Assembly: GCA_965261345.1 (NCBI GenBank)
Contig: OZ253449.1
Location: 1,888,001 to 1,952,000, forward strand
Direction: 5' to 3'
Source: Chloroflexota bacterium
GTDB taxonomy: Bacteria > Chloroflexota > UBA11872 > VXNJ01
Length of the DNA stretch: 64,000 nucleotides
The notes below the pieces were generated by a model. That model saw only the letters and a program-made list of their open reading frames with translations, had not been told where the DNA came from and made no database searches. This document shows positions 1 through 11,168 of the stretch, one piece after another. A program made the position numbers and the translations under genes. How positions within the stretch are numbered: the stretch's first letter is position 1; each line of letters opens with the position of its first letter.

Positions 1-2
1 TT

Positions 3-146
3 GCGCTGCGTTGCCTGCTGGGCGGCTTCTCAGCCGAGCTGCTCGACAGCAAGAAGGTTGTACCCGAGCGATTGCTGCTCGGAGGCTGGGAATTTAGGTT
101 CCAGCAGCTGCGGCCGGCCCTAGCCGAGCTTTTGGGCACCGGATGA
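3..146 (+). CDS. Partial (3' end) TIGR01777/YfcH-like NAD-dependent epimerase, DUF1731 C-terminus
   Basis: Manual translation from base 3: ALRCLLGGFSAELLDSKKVVPERLLLGGWEFRFQQLRPALAELLGTG*, resembling the conserved C-terminus of this family; runs off the window edge. Confidence 0.7.
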   Translation, partial: ALRCLLGGFSAELLDSKKVVPERLLLGGWEFRFQQLRPALAELLGTG

Positions 147-237
147 TTCCGCTGATCGCGCTATTCGCGTATCAATTGGCAGAGCTGGTCGCACCATAGC
201 GGCAGCCCCGATCACACCCGCCACCGCAAAGGTTGCA

Positions 238-900
238 ATGTTTAACCCGTCAAATCTCAAGAGCGTCAATGCCCTAGTGGCCGTTGCCGGCTTGGTCGTG
301 TTGATTGCGGCGGTCGCAATTGGTGTCCTGGCGTGGACCGGCAACCTGGACACTTCGCGCGATGCCGGCCGCAGCGGCTCCGACGAGCCGACCGCGCCAG
401 GGGTCTCGGTTCGATTGGAAAACCGCGGCCGGGCACCGGAATTTGAGCGAATCGAAGTCTGGTTGAACGGGGAGCCGACCAGTCTGGAGGAGCTGCGAGG
501 CCAGGTTGTTCTGATTGATTTTTGGACACGCAGTTGTATCAATTGCCGCCGAACCCTTCCTTACGTGGGGCAATGGCATGACCGCTACGCCGCCTATGGC
601 CTCAAGGTGGTCGGAATCCACACCCCCGAATTTGCCCACGAGAAAGATATAGCGGCGTTGCGGGCCGCGCTGGGCGAACTGGACGTTGACTGGGCGGTTG
701 CGGTTGACAACCAAAAAGCTACCTGGCGGGCGTGGAAGAACCGCTACTGGCCGCGCAAGTACCTAATCGATGGCCGCGGCAACGTCCGCTACGACCGCAT
801 CGGTGAGGGCGCCTATGAACAGACCGAATATGCGATCCGGGCGCTGCTGCGTGAAAACGGGGCCGATCTAGAGGGCGTTCCCACAGGCGGCCACCGCTAA
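238..900 (+). CDS. Membrane-anchored TlpA/DipZ-like thiol-disulfide oxidoreductase (redoxin)
   Basis: N-terminal hydrophobic helix; DFWTRSCINC CxxC, GIHTPEF, NRYWP and GEGAY motifs typical of the DipZ thioredoxin domain. Confidence 0.85.
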   Translation: MFNPSNLKSVNALVAVAGLVVLIAAVAIGVLAWTGNLDTSRDAGRSGSDEPTAPGVSVRLENRGRAPEFERIEVWLNGEPTSLEELRGQVVLIDFWTRSCINCRRTLPYVGQWHDRYAAYGLKVVGIHTPEFAHEKDIAALRAALGELDVDWAVAVDNQKATWRAWKNRYWPRKYLIDGRGNVRYDRIGEGAYEQTEYAIRALLRENGADLEGVPTGGHR

Positions 901-933
901 GTTGGCCGGCGCGCGCGCCCGGGCCACTTCAAG

Positions 934-3414
934 CTAGCCGGCGATCACCACCGTCGGCGGACGATAGATTTGCCCCTTGGTCATCTCGGTGACGGCCAGG
1001 AAGGGCTCAAAATCGCGCCAGGACCCATTCGGAAATTGGGCGTTGCGCAGATCGTCGCCAAGTAATCGGAGCTTGACCGGTTCATCCTTGCCGGGGTGGA
1101 ATTCAAACACCGCTGCCTGAAAGAACTGGCGCACGAACCCGGGATCACCGATGCTCAACCGAGTGTCCTGGCGGCCGTCCCGGCGCGCTTCCGATTTGGG
1201 GAAACCGAACGAATCGACTCCACCCAGTTGCTCGAAAAAGTCAGCGAATCCGGTGACCGTACCGTCGACCGCCCGGTTTGCAACGCGGTTACCCCAGGGC
1301 CCAACCAACTGCCCGGGGAACGGGTTGGCGACACCGTATTCGACGCCGCGATCGATGCTATTGCCGCGGCCGCCGCCGAAATAGTCCCAGGTCAGGCGCC
1401 GTTCCACCAACCATCCGGCGCCAACGTTGTGGAAATCGACCACTCCACGCTGGTAGTACTGGGTCAGGGTCGCCGGTTCGCTGATTAACACCTCGGATGT
1501 CGGGTAGCCCCAGCGCGTCATCCCCCCGGTGCGATTGAAATGGCCGAGGAAATCGGCGGCCAGTGACTGGCCGCTGTCTAGCACGACTCTCAGGTCGGTA
1601 ATGTTATGGGCCAGGACCTCATGTCCGGGGACGGCCAGGAACTTGACGTCCTGCACGGTGATGGGTCCAAAGAATGCGCCGAGCTGGGGCGCTGGAGGCG
1701 CCGGCGGAATGTAGTTTGACGAGTCGGTCAGGCGCACACTGGCAAAGTCGATGATCGGCAGGGTTCGGCCGCTGGCACTGGCCGAGGTGTCGATCATCAG
1801 GAGGACGAAATCCTCGTCTTCGCCATCATCGATCCGCTCTTCCGGCATCGCCAGGGCCACCAGCTTGGCTTCGCCCAGCGCCAGATTGACCTCGATCGTG
1901 GTCGGCAGGTCCGACGATTCGGCGCCGCGTCCGCTTACTCGGGCGCGCAGTTGCAGCCGGGCGATGGCGCCGGCCACGGCGCGATCGTTGTGGGTGAGTC
2001 CAACCGCCAGCGGTTCACCCTCCACCGCATAGTAAATCGGGCGGTCGAACGCGGTGACGGTGGCCGGCCGGGAATCGACGAGCACCTCCACCCCGGGCCG
2101 GATTTGCGAGCGGAATATTGCCGGCAGATTGGCCAGCGTAAAGCCCGCCCCGTCCGGACCAGGATTGTTGCGCAGGTCGATCACCAGAGTCTTTTCAGTT
2201 CCGATCGCCGACAACAGGTTCTCTGGCACTTGGGACAATCCGGATTCGTCAAGATCTAGTTCCCGCAGGTGCGGGAGCTGCGAAAAATCACCAGCCCGCA
2301 GGATCGGCAAATCGTCGCGTCCGGCCAGGTCGATTGCGGTCACCCGGGCCAGATCGGCCACGCTCACCTTGGCGCAATCGGAATGATCGGGCAACCAGCG
2401 TTCAATCTGTTCCCGGACCGCCGGGCTGCGATCGCAAAGCGAAATTGTCGGCGAATCGTTGTCAAAAACGGTCAGTACCGCCTCGTCAATATCCCCATCG
2501 TCGATGGTGCTCTGCGGTCCGGAGCCGATGCACCCCGGGATAACGTCCAAGAGCAGGTCAAGTTGGTAATCGGCTTCGATCTCCTGGTTGCTCGGCAGGG
2601 CCACGACCAAGCCGTAGAGCGCCCGAATTCGGTCATCGGCGTTTATGCGAACGCGCCATTGGCGATGGTCCTCCAGGGTGATCTGCAAACAGATATCGCG
2701 CCGATCGTCGCCCGGCCGGTCGTCATCGGCCGGTGGCGGCACGCCGGCAAACTGGAATGGAAGCAACGCCCGCGAATCCTCCTCGGCGGAAATCCCGGCG
2801 GCCGAAAACCCCACCCTTGTTCCACTGCCGCCGTCAAAAATTAGCAACAGGCCGTCGGGCAGCTCGGCTACGTCCACGTCATCTGGACCCATCGGATTGC
2901 CCGAAAAACGCAAGCGGTCGATGTGACCGGCCGCGTAGTGGTAGCTGATTAAGGCCTCCAGGGCATCGTCTTCCCAGCTGAACCCGGAAAGCCCGAGATT
3001 TGAAAAGTCAAGCGTGGCGGGCCGGAAGTTGGCAACCCGCTGGAGTTCACGGTCGACCTGCGAGAGTGCCGTTCCCGCCCGCAGCGGGGGATCGCGGTCT
3101 GCATCGTAATTGACATAAAACTCATCGCAGTTGTGATACAGAAGGTCGCCGTCTGGATCGATGCCACTGGCGACCACCGGTGAAATGCGATCGAGGAACC
3201 CCTCGTAGAGCCGTTCGAAGGCCTGGAAATGGTCAGGGTTGGCAAAGTGACACAGGTTGAAGTTTCCATTGCCGCCCAATTGGGCGCTGGCGGGGCGATA
3301 ACTTAAAACCAGCAATAGGGATGCCAGTGCAACCATCGCCAGCAGACGGGCAATTGGCAGGCGCCGCCCGAGACCGCATCGAGTTAAGGTGCGGACGGAC
3401 TCGTTATCCATCAA
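934..3414 (-). CDS. Large secreted/surface protein with leucine-rich-repeat module and C-terminal twin LGFP-like (Chloroflexi-type) repeats
   Basis: Signal peptide ending ASA-Q; Cys-capped LRR (LCDRS..CAKVS..LRAGDFSQLPHLRELDLDESGLSQVP); two repeats GGMTRWGYPTSE..QYYQRG and GGVDSFGFPKSE..QFFQAA; exact start uncertain. Confidence 0.7.
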   Translation of the reverse strand: MMDNESVRTLTRCGLGRRLPIARLLAMVALASLLLVLSYRPASAQLGGNGNFNLCHFANPDHFQAFERLYEGFLDRISPVVASGIDPDGDLLYHNCDEFYVNYDADRDPPLRAGTALSQVDRELQRVANFRPATLDFSNLGLSGFSWEDDALEALISYHYAAGHIDRLRFSGNPMGPDDVDVAELPDGLLLIFDGGSGTRVGFSAAGISAEEDSRALLPFQFAGVPPPADDDRPGDDRRDICLQITLEDHRQWRVRINADDRIRALYGLVVALPSNQEIEADYQLDLLLDVIPGCIGSGPQSTIDDGDIDEAVLTVFDNDSPTISLCDRSPAVREQIERWLPDHSDCAKVSVADLARVTAIDLAGRDDLPILRAGDFSQLPHLRELDLDESGLSQVPENLLSAIGTEKTLVIDLRNNPGPDGAGFTLANLPAIFRSQIRPGVEVLVDSRPATVTAFDRPIYYAVEGEPLAVGLTHNDRAVAGAIARLQLRARVSGRGAESSDLPTTIEVNLALGEAKLVALAMPEERIDDGEDEDFVLLMIDTSASASGRTLPIIDFASVRLTDSSNYIPPAPPAPQLGAFFGPITVQDVKFLAVPGHEVLAHNITDLRVVLDSGQSLAADFLGHFNRTGGMTRWGYPTSEVLISEPATLTQYYQRGVVDFHNVGAGWLVERRLTWDYFGGGRGNSIDRGVEYGVANPFPGQLVGPWGNRVANRAVDGTVTGFADFFEQLGGVDSFGFPKSEARRDGRQDTRLSIGDPGFVRQFFQAAVFEFHPGKDEPVKLRLLGDDLRNAQFPNGSWRDFEPFLAVTEMTKGQIYRPPTVVIAG

Positions 3415-3513
3415 TTAAGGAAATCGCTCAATTCAACCTTGGCGATTTTGGCGCATATTGCCCGGAACCCGGTGGAACGGGTGCCAATCGTTGTTAGCTG
3501 AAGATCGCAGTTA

Positions 3514-4542
3514 CTAGTTGAGCGGTCCAGCAGTGACGCCGTGGGCCGCCGCGGCCTCGCAAATCGCGGCCGCGGTCGCAGCGGCGATTTCGATTCCCAC
3601 GGCGCGGTTGCGCTCACGATTGGCGCTCTCCGGCTCGCCGGGAACCAACACCTGCTCGAACCCAGCTGCCGGTGGGGTTCCCTTCATCCGGGACACCAGT
3701 TGAGTGATTCCCTGGCCAAATGCGTCCTCCCCGACCAGGCAGCCCGGATCGATCGCAATGATCGAGCCGCCCATAAGCATCCCTGAAGGCGAATTGTGGG
3801 CGGCGGTGAGACTGCCCCCAAGGGCATCGACCAAAAGCGCCAGCCCGTAACCTTTGTGGCCGGCGGGCGGGATCATCATTCCGCCATCGTAAAAATCCTG
3901 GGGATTGGTCGAAGGCCGACCGTGCTTGTCCAGGATTTGGCCAGGCGGAAGTTGAGCACCCTTGTCGCGGGCCACACGGATTTTTCCCTCGGCGGTCGAA
4001 GTGGTCGCAAAGTCGATTACGATCGGAGGGCCGTCGGGATTCGGCATTCCGGCCGAGATCGGATTGGTTGCCAGCGCGCGCGCCGCCCCGCCAAATGGCG
4101 CCCCGGCGCCTTTTCCACCGCCACCGACCGCCACGATCGCGACAAATCCGGCCGCAACCGCCATTTCTGACCATTGGCCGACCCGCCCAAGGTGATTGAC
4201 CTCGCACAGACCGACCAGCGCAATCGATTGCGAGCGCGCCTTGGCAATCGCCAATTCCATCGCAAATTTCCCGGTGAAGTGACCGAAACCTTTGTTTCCA
4301 CTAATTAGCGCGGTGCTTGGACTTTCGTTTAGGACGCTGGGCCGGGCATCGACCACGATCCTGCCTTCATCAATGTTGGCCATGTATTGGGGTATCCGAA
4401 TCACCCCGTGCGAGGGGTGCCCGGAGAGGTCGGCCAGCACCAGCGAATAGGCCATGAAATCGGCAATATCGTCGGGTGTGCCGGCCGCCTTAAAAACTGC
4501 GGCGGCGAAACCCTGGACCTGGTCGGGGTTATAGCGAGACAT
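3514..4542 (-). CDS. Ldh_2-family (type 2 malate/L-lactate/sulfolactate dehydrogenase-like) oxidoreductase
   Basis: GHPSHG, NHLGRVG, TNPIS, DFATT, GHKGYGL and VPGEPE motifs. Confidence 0.9.
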   Translation of the reverse strand: MSRYNPDQVQGFAAAVFKAAGTPDDIADFMAYSLVLADLSGHPSHGVIRIPQYMANIDEGRIVVDARPSVLNESPSTALISGNKGFGHFTGKFAMELAIAKARSQSIALVGLCEVNHLGRVGQWSEMAVAAGFVAIVAVGGGGKGAGAPFGGAARALATNPISAGMPNPDGPPIVIDFATTSTAEGKIRVARDKGAQLPPGQILDKHGRPSTNPQDFYDGGMMIPPAGHKGYGLALLVDALGGSLTAAHNSPSGMLMGGSIIAIDPGCLVGEDAFGQGITQLVSRMKGTPPAAGFEQVLVPGEPESANRERNRAVGIEIAAATAAAICEAAAAHGVTAGPLN

Positions 4543-4621
4543 GAAAGGAAAAACCCGGGTAACTTACTGGCGCCAAACTATTTGAGATGGGTCCGCCCAA
4601 TCCGGACCGCAGGCTTGTTTC

Positions 4622-4933
4622 TTAGCTGCGGCCCAGCATGAATTTGAGGTCTTCGCTCATCATATCCATGCTCCACGGCGGATCCCAGACGATTTCGATA
4701 TTTACCTCGTCGACCTGATCCATCGCCTCCACCGTGGTCTGCGTTTCCGAGATCAGTTGCGGCCCGTAGGGACACATCGGCGAGGTCAAGGTCATTTCTA
4801 TATCGACCTTGTGGTCCGCCGGCTTGACCTCGTAGATGAGGCCCAAGTTCCAAATATCGAGGTTGAGCTCGGGGTCCATTACGGTTTCAAGCACCGCGAT
4901 CACTGCGCCGCGCTCAACCGTCGCTTCAGCCAT
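4622..4933 (-). CDS. sufT: DUF59/SufT-PaaD family Fe-S cluster assembly factor
   Basis: DPELNLDIWNLGLIY, TLTSPMCP, WDPPWS motifs; ATG at 4933 preferred over TTG at 4939. Confidence 0.88.
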   Translation of the reverse strand: MAEATVERGAVIAVLETVMDPELNLDIWNLGLIYEVKPADHKVDIEMTLTSPMCPYGPQLISETQTTVEAMDQVDEVNIEIVWDPPWSMDMMSEDLKFMLGRS

Positions 4934-5043
4934 TTGCAACCTTCGTTCGACATCAAATAAGCGATGAATCGATTATGGCCGGTAGGTGACGTTCGCGGGG
5001 CTCAAATAACATCAAACAACGGGCTTACAAACCCGCCGCCAGA

Positions 5044-5049
5044 TATAAT
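5044..5049 (+). promoter_or_regulatory. Candidate sigma70 -10 box upstream of gyrB
   Basis: Perfect TATAAT in the divergent intergenic region; no well-spaced -35 seen. Confidence 0.4.
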
Positions 5050-5096
5050 CTAGCGTTGCCTATTTGACCCTCTCAGCCAACTTTGTATGAGCGTGA

Positions 5097-7136
<2,040 letters not shown>

Positions 7137-7163
7137 CAATCAATACCCCCTGAATTCACTTAC

Positions 7164-8165
7164 ATGGCCAACCAACCCGTACGGGTAGTACTGGACGTCA
7201 TGGGTGGTGATCACGGCCCCAGGCCACTGGTTGCCGGCGCGGTCACGGCCGCGCGTGAGTTCGGAGTTGCCAGCTTGCTGGTGGGCGATCTGGCCAAGAT
7301 TGAGCCGCTGCTTAAGGATTCTGGAGGAGGTATCGACCAGATCGACGCGGTTCATGCCGCCGACCTGATCGGAATGGGCGATCATGCTGCCGAAACTGTC
7401 CGCGCCAAACCGCAGTCCTCGATTGTGGTCGCAATCGAGCAGTTGCGACTGGGCCGCGGCTGCGCGGCCGTCTCAATGGGCAACAGCGGGGCGACCATGG
7501 CGGCGGCGATCTTCGGGCTGAAGCGAATCCCCGGGGTCCGTCGGCCGGTGGTCGCCTCGCGCGTTAATCTCCCGGGCGGGCCCGCGATCTGGCTTGATAT
7601 CGGCGCAAATACCGACTGTGACGCTGAGCATCTTTGCCAATTTGCCCGCATGGGCGCGGCCTACTGCAGCGCGGAGCTGGGCATTTTGCGACCCAGTGTC
7701 GGACTGCTCAATATGGGCCAGGAGGAGGGCAAGGGTCCCAAGGTCGTCAACGACGCGGCCGCCCTCTTCGCCAGTGCCGGGCTAAATTTTGTCGGCAACG
7801 TCGAGCCACAGAAGATGATGCGCGCAGAGGTTGACGTCGTGGTCGCCGACGGTTTCACGATGAACATTGCGGTCAAGACGCTCGAGGCCCTGGCCGAACT
7901 GGTCTTTGGGGCGGTTCGGCAATATGCTCATGAATCGTTGCGCGGGCGGCTGGGGGCTGCCCTGATGCTGCCGGCATTGACCAGTCTGCGGACCCAGTTC
8001 GATTACCGCGACATCGGAGCGGCGCCGCTGCTTGGCGTTAACGGCATGGTGTTAATCGGGCATGGTCGTTCGCGGGAGAAGGCGGTCGTCGGGGCCCTGC
8101 GCCAAGCTGAGCGTCTCGTCAAACTGGGGGCGGTCGAGGAAATAACCAAAGTATTTGGGAACTGA
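7164..8165 (+). CDS. plsX: Phosphate acyltransferase PlsX
   Basis: DVMGGDHGP, GNSGA, DIGAN, EEGKG, DGF, LLGVNG..IGHGRS. Confidence 0.95.
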   Translation: MANQPVRVVLDVMGGDHGPRPLVAGAVTAAREFGVASLLVGDLAKIEPLLKDSGGGIDQIDAVHAADLIGMGDHAAETVRAKPQSSIVVAIEQLRLGRGCAAVSMGNSGATMAAAIFGLKRIPGVRRPVVASRVNLPGGPAIWLDIGANTDCDAEHLCQFARMGAAYCSAELGILRPSVGLLNMGQEEGKGPKVVNDAAALFASAGLNFVGNVEPQKMMRAEVDVVVADGFTMNIAVKTLEALAELVFGAVRQYAHESLRGRLGAALMLPALTSLRTQFDYRDIGAAPLLGVNGMVLIGHGRSREKAVVGALRQAERLVKLGAVEEITKVFGN

Positions 8166-9477
8166 GTTGGCGCCCGCCCGGATCGCCGTAATCGGCAGTG
8201 GCTACGTCGGACTTGTTTCGGGAGCCTGCCTGGCAGAACTTGGCAATTTCGTAACCTGCCTCGATATCGATACGAAAAAACTTGACCAACTGCGGTCCGG
8301 CCGCATGCCGATCTATGAACCGGGTCTGCAGGAATTGGTCGAATGCAACGCCGCGGCCGGCCGGCTGGCGTTCAGTGGCTCATTTGCCGACGTGATCCCG
8401 ACCGCGGATTTTGTCCTGATCGCTGTTAACACGCCGGTCGGTCACTATGGCCGGGCGGATCTGTCGGCGATCGAGGACGTGGCGCGAAGCATCGGCGGGC
8501 ATCTGCGCGAGGGTGCAGTAATCGTCGACAAGAGCACGGTTCCGGTTGGCACCGGTGATTTGGTGGAGGCGCTGATCGGCAGTTACTCCGGATTCCCGGT
8601 CCGGGTCGTGTCCAACCCCGAGTTCTTGCGCGAAGGGACGGCGGTGCGGGACTTCCTTCGCCCTGACCGAATTGTTCTGGGGACGGCCGACGAAGCCGCC
8701 GCCGACCTGGTCGCGGGCCTGTACGAAGGGTTGGGTCGGCCGATCCTTCGCACCGATCTGCGCACTGCCGAAATGATCAAATATGCGTCCAACGCCTACC
8801 TGGCGGCCAGAATCTCGTTCATCAACGAGATCGCCGCTATCTGCGAACGGCTCGGCGCCGACGTTACCACGGTTGCGCGCGGGATGGGCCTGGACTCGCG
8901 GATCGGGTCCTCTTATCTACAGGCCGGAATCGGTTGGGGCGGGAGCTGCCTGAGCAAGGACGTGCTGGCGCTTGAACATATGGCCGCGGTGGCGGGTTCG
9001 CACCCGCAACTGCTGCGGGTGGTATTGGAAATCAACCGCGATGCCCGGTTGGGGGTGCTGCGCCGGTTGCGCGAATTGATCGGTGATCTGCGGGGCAAGA
9101 ACGTCGCAATTCTGGGACTGGCCTTCAAACCGGATACCGACGACATCCGTGACGCGCCGGCGCTGGAAATCGCCCGCTTGCTGCTGGCTGACGGCGCCCG
9201 TGTGGCTGCCTATGACCCGATGGCATCCGGACGCGCCGCGCAGGCTGAGCCGCGCGCTGACATTGCCGCCAGCGCGCTGGCGGCGGTAACCGATGCGGAC
9301 GCGTTGGTTCTCTGCACCGAATGGCCGCAATTTAGGGCCCTAGACTGGACTGCGGTCGCCGGTCTAATGCGTGGTCGAATCATCATCGACGGGCGAAACG
9401 CACTCGACTCCGGGCTGCTGCGGGAATTGGGTTTTGACTACCACGGGGTCGGTCGCCCGGCCGAAGGCGGCGGTTGA
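8155..9477 (+). CDS. ugd: UDP-glucose/GDP-mannose dehydrogenase family protein
   Basis: GSGYVG, KSTVPVGT, NPEFLREG, GGSCLSKD catalytic Cys, FKPDTDDIR, DGRN. Confidence 0.93.
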   Translation: MGTELAPARIAVIGSGYVGLVSGACLAELGNFVTCLDIDTKKLDQLRSGRMPIYEPGLQELVECNAAAGRLAFSGSFADVIPTADFVLIAVNTPVGHYGRADLSAIEDVARSIGGHLREGAVIVDKSTVPVGTGDLVEALIGSYSGFPVRVVSNPEFLREGTAVRDFLRPDRIVLGTADEAAADLVAGLYEGLGRPILRTDLRTAEMIKYASNAYLAARISFINEIAAICERLGADVTTVARGMGLDSRIGSSYLQAGIGWGGSCLSKDVLALEHMAAVAGSHPQLLRVVLEINRDARLGVLRRLRELIGDLRGKNVAILGLAFKPDTDDIRDAPALEIARLLLADGARVAAYDPMASGRAAQAEPRADIAASALAAVTDADALVLCTEWPQFRALDWTAVAGLMRGRIIIDGRNALDSGLLRELGFDYHGVGRPAEGGG

Positions 9478-11168
9478 CCGGAGTGCCCAGCAACCGGGCG
9501 ATTGCCGCTCACTTGACCCAAATTGCTGATGCCGTTGATCTGATCGAGCCCAACCCGGCGCGCGCCCGCAGTTATCGCAACGCCGCCCGTCGGATCGAAT
9601 CCTCGGCCGACGACATCGCCGCTGTCGCGCTTGCCGACGGACTGGTTGGGATGCCCGGGATTGGCAGCTCACTGGCCAAGACGATTGGTGAGTTCGTCAG
9701 CGGCGGCCAGAGCCAGCGGTTCGCCGAATTGGACCGGGCGATCCCTGATCCGATCTGGAGGCTGCTGGAAATTCGAGGATTGGGGGCCCGCACCATCGGC
9801 CGAATCTGGCGAGAACTGGGGGTGTTTGACCCGGACGGCCTGCGCCAGGCCGGAGTTGATGGACGATTGGCGGCGATGTCGGGAATCGGACCGCGCAAAG
9901 TTGCCCAGGTTCTGGTCGAACTCGACCGGATTGCCGCTGACCAGGGCCTGATCGGCCTGGGTCTGGCGCGGGCTTTGGCGACCGCGGCGGCCGAGGAAAT
10001 CGCAAAACGCGGCGACGTGATCGAGGTTCTCCAGGCTGGTCCAGCGCGCCGCGGTCTGGAAGCGGTCGATGGAATCGACCTGCTTGTGGTCAGCCATGCG
10101 CCGGATTCGTCCGAACTGACCGCGCTGACCAAGCAGCAATCGATCGAGTTTGAAAAATCCGCCCGCCAGGACCCGGTCCGACTGCGGATCAAAACCACCT
10201 CGCCCGAGCAGCTGGGAACCAGCTGGCTTCTCTCGACCAGCTCGGATCGTCACCTGCGGCGGATCGACCAAATCGCCCGGCGTCGCGGTATGCAAATCGG
10301 CTCGGAAACTGCCCAGTTTGACAGCGAGGCCGAACTTTACCGCGCCCTTGGACTCCAATTCATACCACCCGAATTGCGGGAGGACAGCGGCGAAATCGAA
10401 CTGGCGCAGGCCGGCAGATTGCCCAAACTGATTGGATCCGGCGATCTTGCCAGTGACCTTCACTGCCACAGCAACTGGAGCGATGGCCAGGCGCCGATTT
10501 TCGAAATGGGTAAGGCCGCCGCCGGGCTTGGGCTTTCGCATTTGGCGATCACCGACCATTCGCAGAGCCTGGCGGTGGCAAATGGTCTATCGGCCGAACG
10601 CTTGGCCCGACAGGCCGCCGAGATCGCCGCAGCGGATTCACAGGTTTCCGAGCTGACGCTGTTGCAGGGCACTGAAAGCGAGATCCGCATCGATGGATCG
10701 CTCGATTTTGCCCCTGAAGTGCTGGCCCGTCTGGACTGGGTGAACGCCTCTGTGCACGTTGGATTGGGTCAGTCGCGGGCCACAATGACCGAGCGCTTGC
10801 TCGCCGCCATCGACAACCCGGCGCTGTGTTCGATCGGGCATCCGACCGGGCGGATCATCCTTGGGCGGAAGGGCTTTGAATTTGACTTCGACATGGTGTT
10901 TTCCGCCGCCGCTGAGGCCGGCGTGGCACTGGAGATCAACTCGCAGCCCAGTCGCCTCGATCTTTCATCCGAACTGGCTCGCAGGGCCGCCGCGGCCGGG
11001 GCAACTCTCAGCCTCAACAGCGATGCTCACGCTCCGGATCAATTGGCGACCACTGGCCTGGGATTGGTAATTGCCCGCCGCGCTGGCCTTTCGGCCGAGC
11101 AGGTGGTTAACTGTCGGACTTGGGCCGAGATTGCCGAGGCACGGGCGCGTCGCTTGGCTCGCCACTAG
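9474..11168 (+). CDS. polX: PolX-PHP family protein with altered polymerase active site
   Basis: HhH repeats (MPGIG, IRGLG, MSGIG), IPPELRED; PHP motifs HCH, DH, E, H, H, DAH; catalytic DxD reads GID. Confidence 0.9.
   Translation: MTGVPSNRAIAAHLTQIADAVDLIEPNPARARSYRNAARRIESSADDIAAVALADGLVGMPGIGSSLAKTIGEFVSGGQSQRFAELDRAIPDPIWRLLEIRGLGARTIGRIWRELGVFDPDGLRQAGVDGRLAAMSGIGPRKVAQVLVELDRIAADQGLIGLGLARALATAAAEEIAKRGDVIEVLQAGPARRGLEAVDGIDLLVVSHAPDSSELTALTKQQSIEFEKSARQDPVRLRIKTTSPEQLGTSWLLSTSSDRHLRRIDQIARRRGMQIGSETAQFDSEAELYRALGLQFIPPELREDSGEIELAQAGRLPKLIGSGDLASDLHCHSNWSDGQAPIFEMGKAAAGLGLSHLAITDHSQSLAVANGLSAERLARQAAEIAAADSQVSELTLLQGTESEIRIDGSLDFAPEVLARLDWVNASVHVGLGQSRATMTERLLAAIDNPALCSIGHPTGRIILGRKGFEFDFDMVFSAAAEAGVALEINSQPSRLDLSSELARRAAAAGATLSLNSDAHAPDQLATTGLGLVIARRAGLSAEQVVNCRTWAEIAEARARRLARH

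Noticed and set aside
5036-5056. Possible NrdR box near the gyrB promoter
   Set aside because: Only a partial match to the consensus, single copy, and better explained as a -10 box
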